The position numbers and the translations under genes were made by a program. The notes under the pieces are model-generated. The model made no database searches and was not told the origin of the DNA. It was given only the letters and a program-made list of their open reading frames with translations. Shown here one piece after another: positions 37,578 through 51,000 of a stretch of 64,000 nucleotides of DNA (position 1 is the first letter of the stretch; every line of letters starts with the position of its first letter). Source of the stretch: Isurus oxyrinchus (lineage: Eukaryota); assembly GCA_026770705.1 (NCBI GenBank), contig JANJGN010000036.1, positions 2,480,001 to 2,544,000 on the forward strand. Reading direction: 5' to 3'.

Positions 37578-40500
37578 CTGTATTGCATCCCGATGAGGCC
37601 GCTTTGCCTCTGTTTGACGGTGGTCATCTGTGTTATTAGTGGATAAGCTATAAATTAAAATATTATCCCAGCCTGGTTAATACATAATTATTACAGATAA
37701 ACCATGTGCCAATGATCCGCCAATGTACCAATGGACCCAATTCGTCAATGGCCCCATTATGTCACCAGGCCCTAAATCCACAGAAGGTCCCTCAATACTT
37801 CAGTGGAGTGAAAATCGCTAACGGATCGACAACACTATCTAGTCACTGCAGCCTGTTTTCCAACTGGTATATTGTTGCTACTATTATTAACCACTAATTG
37901 GCATTTTCAGCGCGACCCACAGACAGCATTATGATTCTGGAATTTGATGGCGGGTAATGCTCTTATGCATCTTTCCAATTCCACCCACTTGACATTTAAT
38001 CTGTGCCAACATTTCAATGCAACTTACCCGTTTGTCGCTCATTCCGTCTCTCTCTTTGCTTTCCTTCTCTCTCTCAAGTTAAACCTGGATGCGAACAAAA
38101 ACTTCCAGCACGTGTTAATTTTTATGAGCCCTGGCGCAGAAGGAAATTGTCGAGCGGTGTTTGCATTAATCTTAAAAGCTCATGGAAAATGGCAGAATAT
38201 ATCACGGGAATCAATGCTAGGGTTCAACTGTGCTGGACACAATATTAAATATAGACAGGGATTTTGCCATGAAGTATTCAAATGGCTCAGTTACTCACTT
38301 TTCATTGTGGGATTTCTTGACTCGTTTTTCTGAAAGAAGAAAGTAAATTAGCAGTTCAAAACTACATGCAGGGAGTCACATTGTACAACCAACTATGAAA
38401 ATGCACCTGATAAATATTAATCCTCACCTGATCTACCGCTTTTAGGAATCCAAACAGAAATAAGGACCAAGAGTAGAACCAGTATCACCAGGACGGTTCT
38501 AGTAACATGGAGAGCCGGTCTGCACAATCCTAGAGGGACGAAACAGTTAGAAACTGCTGATTGGTCAAATGTTTTTTTTTCTCTGGGACTCTGTGATGGG
38601 AAACGTGATAAAAAAGAAAGACCGGAAGATTGCGCCAGTGCAGTCTCTTTCAAAGAGGTGACCAATTAGTCCTATTCTCTCTGCTCTTCCTGCAATATCC
38701 CTGAAAAATTCTCTCCATCCGATTCCCCATTTTCAAATTTCCCTTTGAATCTGCTTCCACGGCCCTTTTGGGCAGAGTTCCAGCTAACAACCCGCTTAGT
38801 TAAAGAAAAATCTCCTCATCTTCTCTGGCTATTCCCCCGATTCTCTTCAACCTGGGTCCCTCTGGTTACCGACCGTCTTGCCCAGTGGAAACAGCTTCTC
38901 CTTATTTACCCCATCGAAACCCTTCATGATTTTGAACGTCGCAGTTAAATTTCCCCCTGAACCACCTCTGCTCTAAGGAGAAAAATCCCAGATTCTACAC
39001 TCTCTCCACAATAACTGAAGTCCTTCATCCCTGGTCCCATTCTGGTAAATCTGCTGTACGCCCTCGCCAAAGGATTCTTAGCTGTTTCTTGCTTGTAAAG
39101 CGCATCTAGTGTGGAACTGACCTCAATATTATTCCAAGATCCACTGCCTAAAGTGGGCGGTGGATGTAGATTCAAAAATAACTTTCAGAAGTGGAATCAC
39201 GTTCTACCTTGACGAGGAAAATGTGTCAGTGTTGCGGGGAAAGGGTGGATCCAATGGGTTAACTCTTACAAGGAGATAGCTTAGGCACGATGGGCCAAAA
39301 TTCCTCTTTCCGCGTCCATCGTTCTAGGATTCTACGATGTGAAGGGGAAATATAAGAATAGTCCAGAAATTGTTTACGAGAAGAAGTCTATACCAGGGGC
39401 AAAGGTACCCCAAGCTTATTTTAACATATTTATAAGATGTATATTTATAGTTAAAATAACATCCTGCAGGTTCTCAAAAGCTAATTATTTTCTCCAATTG
39501 ATTCATAAGTCGCTTAAAAACCGCCATTGAACAGATTGCCCACTCACCTGTCCCTGCCTCTGCTCGTTTGGAGAACGACACGCTTTTTGTCCAATATTTG
39601 TTTCGAGACCCCAGTTGAACGATACAGATACAGACGCCACCACTTCTTCAGGTGTCCCTCAACACCATGACGTGACTTCTGATACTGCAAGTCCTGTCCG
39701 CTTCCATTGTACCGGGATCGCTCTGTCCCTCGGTGATCAATCCGGAAATATTCCAGAAAATGGAAATCTGGTTGGAAGAAACTCCACTGACCAAACACAC
39801 TAAGGGGACGGTTTCCCTCAAATGCAGCTCACCCGGCGGGACAAACACCAGCACAGTCGTATTGTTGGTGGAACTGTCTGGACAGAGATTGGAGCACAGT
39901 TAACAATTAATTTGCACCAAATGTTAAAGCTGTGCACCACCTGAATTTATTTCACTTACCTCCAACCAGTAGTATGGGTCCATTGTGCAGCGCTGCATAT
40001 TTACCTCTACGAGCACAGGAGTAGGAATCCGAGTCATTCACGTGGACATTGCGAATTTCCAGAATCAACACATTTTCGCTGTTACCTTTTTAAGAAATAA
40101 ACTTACAATCGGCTCCCTGACAGGACTGGCTGTCGATTAGTTTCTGGGCTTCACCCACACGCTGTTTGTACCAGAAATAGCTGGACACCAATCCCACTTC
40201 GTCACCGTAGTGACAGGCTAATTCCACCGTCTCTCCGACATCAGCAGTCATTATGATGGAACTCTGAGGCAAACGGGACTCGGATTCTGTAACTAGAGAC
40301 ATTATTGTTAGAGTACAATTGGTTATTGGGGGATTGAAAGCAGCCGCTTCGAAAGACTTCGCCTATAATTTTACAACGCTTACATGAATGGCTTTAATTT
40401 TTCGCGCTTAGATTTATTCTCCAATTTGATTCCTTCTGTTTTTCGGGGAAACCAGTAAAGAAACTCACATGATCAGGTCAAATGCATGCACTTCGTCACT

Positions 40501-40618
40501 GGGTCACATTTTCAGCTTCTTAAATCCTGATTCTGGCTGAGTTCCCACCCGCCTCTTACTCACCATAAAACCTCAGCACTTGGAAAATGAGCATCAGAAA
40601 TAAAGATTCCTTAAACAT
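37578..40618 (-). pseudogene. Type-A receptor pseudogene A3 (exon structure retained, nonsense mutations)
   Basis: Leader 40618-40564; V 40292-39960 (GAA->TAA at 40090); C1 39877-39548 (TGG->TGA at 39648); TM 38529-38428 (LCRPALHVTRTVLVILVLLLVLISVW); cyt exons 38329-38299, 38084-38028 (frameshifted) and 37627-37578 (DDHRQTEAKRPHRDAIQ). Confidence 0.85.
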
Positions 40619-43039
40619 CTTGACGCGGTGAGTTCTCCCTGTTTTCGCTCTTACTAGTTTTTTTTACTGCAGACGGAGTGGACGCTGACTGACCTGAGCT
40701 CAGCCACAGTGAGCTGCTCCCCTTTCAGATGCGGTGGAAACGATGACGAGCTATGCTATGGAAAGTGTGACGCCATTTTGGGTCAGGCGTCCTGGTGAAT
40801 GCCACATGCGTTTGACTTATTGTGTTCACCATCTGTGCCTCACTGAATGTTTATAAATAAATTTACTGGGATGTCGTTCAGAAGGGGTGAGATAATAATA
40901 ATTGTATAGATGAATGCTGAAAAATGCAGTTAAAGTTTAATTCTAGTTTAACCATCCCTAGTTGTCATTGATCCAGTTTGAAAAACCTCTGTCAGCTCGC
41001 TCCTAGTCTTGTCTTTAAAGAAAAGAGACCTAGGCTGTTCAGTTAGTCGTGTTAGTTATAACCTCTCAGCTCGTGTAACAGGCTTCTCAACATTTTATAA
41101 ATTCGAGTCCAAATATTTGCAGTGAGTCCATGTGTGGTCTGAACAAGGTAATAGAAACGAACAAAACTTCTTTGTTTTCAATTATATTCCTGGCCCCGAA
41201 GCTGATTTGCTTTTTGTCCAGATAAGATCACAGGCAAAAGTACCAAAGGGAACTTCCTATAGAATTTTTCACAGAACGAATGAACCAACCATTTGATCCG
41301 CGTCAGAATCAGTCCAGGACCTGAGGCCAAGATAAAAGCAAAATACTGCGGCTGCTGCAACTCTGAATTAAAAACAGAAAATGCTGGAAAAGCTCAGCAG
41401 GAAGATTCCGAAGGAGGGTCACACGGAGTGGAAACGTCCGGTCTGTTTCTGTTTCTGTTTCTGACCAGATGAGCCTTTCCAGCATTTTCTGATTTTAGAG
41501 ATGCCGGGAGACCTGCTGAGTTTTTCCAGCATTTTCTATTTTTATTTCAGAACCTGAGGCCTCTGTTTACCGGTTTTGAATTTAGATCCTGAACGGGGAT
41601 CACACTCCCGCATTCTGCTGTTGAGTGAGCGGCTTCACTGTAAATAACCCGGGTAGAACAGGCTCACGTAACCAGCGGCAATAACAGTGGACATGATTTT
41701 TAAAAAGCACCACAATAAGGGAGCGTTGTTAAACCCCGAATATATAAAGAGATTTTTCCCTGTCTGCCATCTGTTCGTAACCTCGGGAATAAAGATTTCC
41801 GACGGGATGTCCCAACGGAACGTTGCAGATTTTCCAAAAGATCTGCCTTAGGGTTTAATGAAAACTAATTCTCAGCCGAAATTCAGCGCAAAGAGGGCAG
41901 AGAGAATCTGCGGGAATCGGTAATGAGAAAATCATTTAGAGCAGTGAAACTGAAGGACAGTGGGTGAAAAGTTTATCAGAAACGCATATAAAAACACACC
42001 TTGCTTTATCTTTTGCTGAAGGCAGCAGTCTACTAATTTATTTGTATCCATTCATGGGATGTGAGTGTCGCGGGATAGGGCAGCGTTTATTGCCCGTACC
42101 TAGTTGCCCCTTGAGAAGGTGGTGAGCAGCTTTCTTGAACCGCTGCAGTCCCTGTGGTGTCGGGGGACCCACAGTGCTATCAGGAAAGGAGTTCCAGGAT
42201 TCTGATCCAGAGATGGTGAAGGGACAGCGACGTAGTTCAAAGTCAGGATAGAGTTTGTCTTGCGGGATAATTGGAGTTGGTGGTGCTCACTTGCCCCCTC
42301 TCCCATTTCTCTTCCGGGTGGTGGCAAACTTAGCGATTAGTTGCAGTGCTGCCTTTGTATGGATAGTACAAACGGCAATGTCTCTGATGAAGGGAGTGCA
42401 TCAATTGCGAATAATATTGGGGATCAGTTTTTTTTAATCACATCCCGGCATCGCAGATAAACAGTGACCCGGTGTCAGGTCGGTGAGGAAACTGTAAATG
42501 AGCTGAATGTATACCAGACTGTTCTCTGTTCAGTTGAATCTACCCTGGACGGGCAAGAACACTTCTGTCTGCGGTTTAACATTAAGACAAATGCAGGCGG
42601 TCCTGTACATGATGCGCCTCAACTGTAAAAACAATAAAAACACCAAGAGCGAGGCGCCTTTCTGAGACTCGCAGTAAACAGCCGCGGTCACAGCCAATGC
42701 GCCTCTTTCCTGCCCAGCCTGACAAGGTTCTGCAAGGTTCACTGATTCTATTCTTTGTATCCAAGTTCAAGCATTTCAGCAGAACAGTTCGGACACTCAG
42801 TAAGGAGCAACACTGTCTGCTCATTTCAGAACACATTCTTACACTAATTCATTCTACCATGTTAGTCACATTTGGATGAATGTATCTCCCTCTTCTCTCC
42901 CAGCTTCCGTTCCTAGGCATTCTCCTGAAGATTCCCTGCCATGGGTTCCTATGGAGTCTTGCAGAGAATTTGCAGCATGGATTTGCTGTTTTGACTTTAT
43001 AATTGGCTCAGGTTTCCCATGAGGGAGTCCCATAAAAGA

Positions 43040-43190
43040 ATGATTTGACCCAGCAGTAGTTTCTAATTAATTGGTCTCGGTTGGGATGGTGCATTTTGAT
43101 CCATTGCCATAACCGTCGCCATCATCTGGGTTCTATTCGTCATCCTGATTCTGAATTGAATCAGTAAAGCGGTTGATCGAGTGAGTATTG
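43040..43190 (+). pseudogene. Second inverted degenerate type-A TM exon
   Basis: GWCILI..IAITVAIIWVLFVILILN*..cga|gtgagt; paralogous to 6030-6180 together with its upstream flank (42650-43040 vs 5700-6030). Confidence 0.6.
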
Positions 43191-44716
43191 TTCTTTAACA
43201 GGGACATTTTAATAAGCGTTTCTTTACTGTGCATCGCTTTTAAATATTACACTGGCTTGAATCTGAAAGCCGATTGATCATCTCCCACAAAGAAAATCAA
43301 CTAGCTGAACCTATTTGTAAAGTCCTTCAGCAACAATTTCGTTTTATTTAAAACTGAGTCTCAACCAGTTCAACGCAAACACGTATTTGCATGGTAAAGA
43401 TATTTTAATATTTTCCACATTCTATTCAGTTTGAGTCTGAGATCAATGGACAATTCATATTTCAAAATGTTTTCAAATGTTCGAAGATGAAAAGATCAGA
43501 AGAAATCGGAGCATGAGTAGGCCCTCGATCCTGCTCCGCAATTCACTAAGTTTTCGGCTAATCTGATTTTGGGCTCAGGGGCGCTTTCGTGTCCATCATC
43601 CTAGACTCCCTTGTCAACCAGAAATCCACCCAATTCTCCCTTGAATATATGCAAATGGCCTAGGATCCAGTGCTCTCAGGGGAAGCGAATTCCAATAAAC
43701 TAACGACCAACCGAGAGAAGAAATTCCTCCGCATCTCCTTCTTAAATGGAAGATCTCTTGTTCTGAAATTCGGCCCCTAGTTCTTCATCCTCCCACGAGC
43801 TGATACATCTTCTCAGCATCTACCGTGTGAAGCATCGGCAGAACCTTGTGTTTCAATCAGTTCATCTCGCATTCTTAGACTTACACCCAGAAATGCTTGT
43901 TTGATATTTTTGCCTGCTGAAAGTTTTAGATTGCAAAGAATATTTCTCCCGATTAACAGAGGTTATTAGGAGTCTGTAATGATCATCTTCATTTGTATCC
44001 CAATACCTATTTTCGTTCTATCTGGAATCTCTCTGTCTCCTAAAAATATTAACATAACTTAAGGCTTATGGAGCAAAGCCTTATCCAGGAATGCATTTGG
44101 CTGCATTCACATCACCACCAGTAGGAAGCCGGGAAAGGTGGGAGAACTCAAAACGATCCTATCAGCTTTCCAAGGGATCGACTGTTGGCCGGATCCCTAA
44201 TGTAACAGTCAGTGCAAAGCATTGGAGACTCTCAAGCAATAACAAACCTATCGTAAACTGGGCTGGTTAAGACAATTTAAGTTCATTTGGGTGGAGAGAG
44301 AGATGCGATTAACTACCATGGGTGAGGTGTTTGTGTGTGGCGGGGTTTCAGCGGTATGAGGGGTAATGGATATGGGGGTGGGTGGCGTTGGTGAGGTCCA
44401 GGGCAAAGGGTCATTAACTTCACATTAGGGCAGGCCATCCAAGGGCGATGTCCGGAAGCAAGACACACCCCACTCAAAGAAGTGGCTGCCGGGACTTTAG
44501 GCTGCTATTCACCACTGGAAACATGATGTATGATGACGGCTCAGGTACGTGAAGGCCTCTGAAATTGTAGGGTAATTGGTGATTAACACAGATAATATTT
44601 AACAAAAATCATACACTCCACAGACACCTTCACCTTGAGCAGTGTCCCTCCACTGGATACTTTCGGAAAACCTCTCTCCCTATCACTCATTGACACACTC
44701 CCATCATGTGGAGCCT

Positions 44717-45057
44717 CCCTCACTTGTACAGGTACATTATCCTGCATGTGTGAATTGCTAACTCTTACAGATAAACAGGACATGGTGATCCACTATTTCT
44801 CCCTCACTTGTACAGGTACCATTATCCTGTATGTGTGAATTGCTAACACCTACAGATATACAGGGCACAGTGATCCACTCTATATCCCTCGCCGTACAGG
44901 TACATTATCCTGCATGTGTGAATTGCTAACTCTTGGGGACATGCAGGACACAGTGATCGTCTCAGTATCCCTCAGTTGTACAGGTACCTTATCCTGTCTG
45001 TGTGAATTCCTAACTCTTACAGATATAAAGGACACAGTGATCCTCTCTATATCCCTC
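44717..45057. repeat. About 84-bp tandem minisatellite, 4 copies
   Basis: Unit ccctcacttgtacaggtacattatcctgcatgtgtgaattgctaactcttacagata..caggacacagtgatcc starts at about 44717, 44801, 44886 and 44969. Confidence 0.9.
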
Positions 45058-48000
45058 GGGATTAAGGGAGACTGCTTCTCCATTTTGGTTTGCTGCACAA
45101 ACACGGGTACAAATGATCCATTTATGCAGCGACACAGGCACATTTCAAGAAAGGGAGAATGGCGAAATAGCAATCTGTAAATAAACTGCAAAGGCTTTCC
45201 TTCCTTTGACGAGTAGGTTTTTACAAAGATAACAGAAGTCACGCCAAGAGCAGCAGCTGGGCCGTTGTACAAGCAAGTGGTGACTGCGGGAGGACCAAAC
45301 AATATAGAATGACATGAGGAGGGGTAGAGCAGGAGGGGGAAACAGCAGCAGCCACAATCTCTGTGAAAGAATCCCTGCTGAACAAATGTTAAACTCTGAT
45401 GGAACTATTATTCTCCTCTTTAAAAAATTAGCCTCCTTTTGGAGCTCGGCTAACATTTGGGCACTCCTTCCAATCTCTCATATCCGGTACTTCTTCATTC
45501 TTCATGTTCCTTGTTATCGGGCCCCAAAAGCTCGTGTTTTGTTCAAATTTCACCCCTTCCCCCTCCCTTTTCTACACTTACACTTTACACTTTCCAGTCA
45601 CATTAAAATGACCTGGCCGCTTGGTACCCCAACTTAACATGAGATCTCGGAGTTTAAAAACAGAGACAGATGTGCATTTCTATAGCGCCTTTCGCGCCCT
45701 CAGTGCATCCCTTAGCAATTGGCCGTCAATTAAGTTATTTTTTGAGATGTCATTTCCGTTGTAATGTGGGAAACGCATAAGCCAATTTGTGCAGAGCAAT
45801 TCGCACAACCATCAACGTGACAATGGACAGATTTGACAGCCGAATAAATTTTGGTCCCAGGACACCGAGGAGGTTTTCACCCCCGACTGCACGTCTTCCA
45901 ATGGCGGCTGTGGGATCTTTTGCATGCAACTGAGATGGCTGACAGGCTCGCATTTCTAAATCGCGCCCGAGAAACAGTTCCTTCCCAAGTGCATCCCTTT
46001 CTCAGTACTCATACTGAAAGCATCACTCGCTAAGTGGGCATGAACCCATAAGCTACTTATTCAAAGTTGAGGGATGTACCATCTAAGCCGTAAGTCAAAG
46101 CCAGCCAGCATCCTGGAATTATCAGTTTAAATCAATGGAAGTCCTCAATACTTTGATATTGCTAAAATCAATTTGCAGGGGCAATGTTGATTTGGAATGA
46201 TAGCGAATTCTGGGAAACATCTGTTCGATTTCCTGCTCTATATTGAAGGTAAGAAAGGAATTAAGAAAGTGTCTAACTGCGGAATGATCCATTTATCCCT
46301 TATACAGACTATTTTCCAAAGTTAAAATTCTTATTTTTTAATATTTATTCACAGGATATGGGCATCGATGGCGAGGCAAACATTTGTTTACTTATTGCCA
46401 CAGAGAAAGTGATGGTGAGCCGGGTCCTTGAAACAATGCAGTCCCTGTGGTGAAAATGGTCCACAAATCCGTTAGAAAAGGAGTTCCAGGATTTTGAACC
46501 AGCGATGAAGGAGGAAATATATCCATGTCTCGCTATCGTACAACTTGCAGATTGTGGTGCCCTCTTTGGCCCCTGTCCTTGGAGGTAGTAGACGTTTCAG
46601 GTTTGGAATGTGCTGTCGAAAGGACCTTGGCGAGTTGCTGCAGTGCAACTTGTTGATGCTACACGCTGAAGTCACTGGGATTCGGTGCTGGAGAGGGTGA
46701 ACGTTTGAGGTTTTGGATGAGGTGTCGCTCAAGCAGACTGGCCCAGGGACAGACTGGGTAAGAATCTCATACCTAGGAAACAGATTGAAATGAGCAACAT
46801 TGACATAACTAATCAAGAGAAAACACCCATAAGTTTCCTGTCTGACAGGTGATTAATTAAATGGAACTTATTTTACACCTTTTCTGAATGTTCAAATGAC
46901 CCCTTTTGCTGCTGTAGAGAAGTGATGGAAACACCTGAATCGTTCGATAACTAACCTCCCGTTAACTGGGTACCGTATGAAGTGGGCGGATTGGAAAACT
47001 TAATCTTTCCTCTAGACAGAGTTAACTTTTCTCAGTGAAGGTCGGAAAGTCTATGCAGTTTGAAGCGTGTTGAAGTACCTCAGGGCGCCACATACCGTTT
47101 TGAAAGAGATAGAACAGCATTGCACTTTATCACAAAGCGAAACAACCATGTTATGTAACTTAGCATATGGAATGAAAAAAGTATATTTTTGGACCACTAA
47201 AGGATTACACAGTTTGCAGTGGTTTGCTGCACTACAGGACGTTAATTGATGTTTATCTCATTGTGCATCCCTCGGAACGGCAAGATGAAGCCCAGACTCC
47301 TTCTCGCCAAAGTCCACCCTCTCTCTTTCCACAGCTGCTTCGCAAAGACAAATTGCAGCATTTAGCCGGCCCACTTCTCCATTTAATCGCAGGCCGATCG
47401 TTTTTTATTTTAATTTCCCCCCTTCCCTGTTCATTGTTTGAAACTTGGAAAGTGAGTAAAACTTTGTAGCTCTGGTCTGAAGCATTAAGTCAGTGAGATC
47501 ACACAGAAAGACAAAGAGTTAGTCAGGTCTTTGAATTACAAAGACCTGTCTTGTAAATGTCAACTCTATTTGTAAACGTGGTGATCAACATACTTTATTG
47601 GAAGAAATTAATTTGGATTACATCTTATGGAATGTCAGATATTAAGGGTTGCCTAAGCACTTTTATAAATTTTCATTAATAAAGTGTATTTTTTGAGAAA
47701 GAAATACTTTTCTGCAAATCCCTCAACCCCTGACAAAGCCTCATGTCTCCCGCCTGATAAGTCTTCAAAATTATTTGAATTTTTGCATATGGATTTGCAA
47801 GGATTTATTGATTGGTTTTGAGTTCAGTGAAACTTTGCTCCCTTCCACATCTCCTCCTTGGAAAATACACCAGATTTTGTCCAGTTGAAATGATTTGCGA
47901 AAGTAAAGTTCCTTTTTGACCTCAAACTGGCTGCTGCAGTTTGGAAATTGCAACGCAAATGCGGTGGGTTCTTTGGCAAATCTTTTCTCCTGCACAATTC

Positions 48001-51000
48001 ATCAGAGTGAGTTCACCCGGATTCTCATCTGCCACCTACCTTTATTGATCTATTTCCCAATGCAGCAAACTCCAGGGAGGCTAAGTGAGGTCCTCCCCGA
48101 GAGTAGGAAACATACTAAACATTACCATTAAAAGGAAGTAAAAGACATTTCAGGTAATTTATATTCCTCCATAATTTAGCAAAGTCATACGAGATTTTCT
48201 AAGCGTCATGTTAAAAAATACCGAGATCTACCTCCACACTGAAGTTTTCGCTGCGTTGATGTTCCTGCCATTTGACTTTGATATTGTCCTCCCTCTTGGT
48301 GATTCCCTGATGATTTACCCCCTGGCTTGCAGTATCTGCAGTCCGCCAGCAGAGGGCGAGATTGTATCACTTTAATCAAAGGATGGAGAAACATCTTCAC
48401 CTCTTCTATTTCCCCATAGTTCTGTTGAAGATTTATAAAGATTCGAAATGTTAACTGTATTCCTCTCCGCAGATGCTATCAGTCCTGCTGTGTTTTTCCA
48501 GCTATTTTTGTTCTTGTTTTGTGATAGAGAAGCATGTTTGCGGAGAAGGGGATTTGGCCCTTTTTAATTCATTCATTCGTCCATAGACAAAAGATCACCC
48601 ATTGCCACCAGTATGAACCTGCTGCTTCATACGTGACTTTAGGCTTTTCACCCCCAATGCCAAATAAGTTCCAGAACTAATATTTTATATTTTTTTGTCC
48701 TGGAATTATTTTTCTCTTTAGGTATTTATCTGAATTCCATTTCACAGACAATAATGATCGGCCCAGGCTCGGAGGGCTGAAGGGCCTGTTCCTGTGCTGT
48801 ACTTCTCTCTGTTCCTTGTTCTGTAATAGACAAGCTCATTTCAGAGAGATATACAAAGACAGAGACTAATAGATAAAGGATGAGATTGTGCTGTACATGT
48901 TTCAGAGTTGACGCTACGACAACCGGGTAGCATAGCAACAGATGTGAATGAATCGTTCCCTTTTGCCTGTAGTGTAATAGATATGTACAAGATCTGGCAG
49001 GCAAAGCTTTATAATTACATACCACGTATAACTGTAATAAAACGCCATGAGATGTTTCACCAGAGCCTTTTGGAGCAGAATTTGACACCAAGAGATTAGT
49101 CTCAATGATCAGTTTCTTCAAAGCGGCCGGTTTTACAGAGCGTCTTCAATGAGGAAAGGGAAATGTAGTGGGGAAGGGAGTTCGAGGCAATGAATTTCAC
49201 ACTTCGTGTTTTGGAAGCCAAGTCAAGGCCAACAATGATCACAGAAGCACAGAGTCATCGTATCTGCACTAGCTCTCTGAAAGGGCATTTGGGCTGGATC
49301 CACTCCCCTGCCTTATCTCCGTAACCCTGCACTTTCACATCATTCTGGCAATGGGTTATCAAAGTTGGGGGCCGTCAAGAAGACAGAATTAGAGGGACCC
49401 TCATATCGGAGGATTGTGCAACTGGAAGAGGTTACAGGTTCGGAAGAGTTCTTTGGGGAATCCATTTCCAAACATCTACCATCTTTCGTGTTTCTAAGTG
49501 TTTCTTATTTTCTCTCATGCAACGGTTTGCTACAACTGTTAAATGCTAGACTGTTCCCGTAGCCCTAGATTCCCCCAGCAGTGGAAATAGTGTCTTTCAA
49601 TTTGCCCTATCATTTTCCATTATTAGCTTGAAAACTTTGACCAACTCACATTTGCTTCTAAATTCCAGGAATAAAGTGTGAATTAATTCATTGCGTGTAA
49701 AGCATTCTGAACCATTCATCTCGAGCCTGTGTAAAGGATTTTTCTGAAATTCTCAAACAATCATTTTTGTGTTGTTTTAGATAGGGCGGTGTGAGTTTGA
49801 GGTTAAAATTAAATATTCAGTGATAATTTAAATTCATTTTACTGCAGACCTGATAGCAGTTGGGAGCTGGGGTTGAAATTCCTGCTGTCTCTCTATTTTC
49901 CTCGAGCATTCTCTTCTCTCTCTGTTAATTCGCCTCAGAGAAATACAGCAACATGATGTCATTAACGGTGTATTTGAAAGAACATTCCAATCAAGATTAC
50001 ACACAGACAAGATGCAGAGAGGGAGATGAAGAGACACCGAGAGAGATACAGAGACACAAAAAGAGAAATAAAAAGATAGGGGTCAATATGAAAAATGTTT
50101 CGCTGCCTTGTGTTTCCAGAAATCTTCACCGAAAACAAGTCTATCTCACCGTGACCGCATTCCATGTGAGATGGTGCTGTGTGTACAGTGCCTGCGCCCT
50201 CTTCCGTCCACTGCAAGAATGAAATCACTTTGTAAAAAAACAGGTTGGAGAGAAAGAAGGGGATGGGAGCCGGGGGAAGGATGACAAAGAGAGAGAGAGA
50301 AAAACATTTAAGGCAGCAAAACAGATGGGAGGCGTGTTGGAGGTTTGTGTGGTAGGGGAAATAGAAACAACCTTTAATGGAATGACAGCTCCCGAGGCCC
50401 TGGAATTGATTTGCTAAATGTGAAGCTGTGGAAACACTTGTTAGAATCCCTGAATAGCTTCTGTGTTGCGGACATAGTAACGAATTGGGCTTTGAAATTT
50501 AATGTGCTTTGAGGAGGGTGAGTAATTTGAATTCAGTTCATAATATTTTCTGAAAAGCCTCGCAAAAAGTCTTCCAAAGGGAACAGAGGCTTCTTCCCAG
50601 TTGGAAAGCGGGAGGTTATTCCTTTCTGGGGTGACTGGGGTTGGGGGCCGGGGAAGGCGGGAAAAAACTGCATATTATTACATTGCTGCAGTGGGATCTT
50701 GCTGTGTACATGTTGCCCACAACCTTCTCTGCAGTAAAACCGTGGCGACACAGCCCAAATCTAGTTTAGTGAGTTGTAATTGTGGATTCTCAGTACAAAA
50801 CATGATTACAGTGTCATGCATCAACAGTTAAAATGGTAAGACAGAAAGTCACAGAAAGCATTTGAAGCAAAATTCATCCCAAGTTATTGGAAAAAGAACA
50901 GAGCCACGGATGGATTTATCGAGAGCAGGGGGAAGAGAAATTTGAGCAGAGTTGTAGGGCTAGAGAGAGATGGGGAGAGAAACAGCGAGGCAGGACTCTG

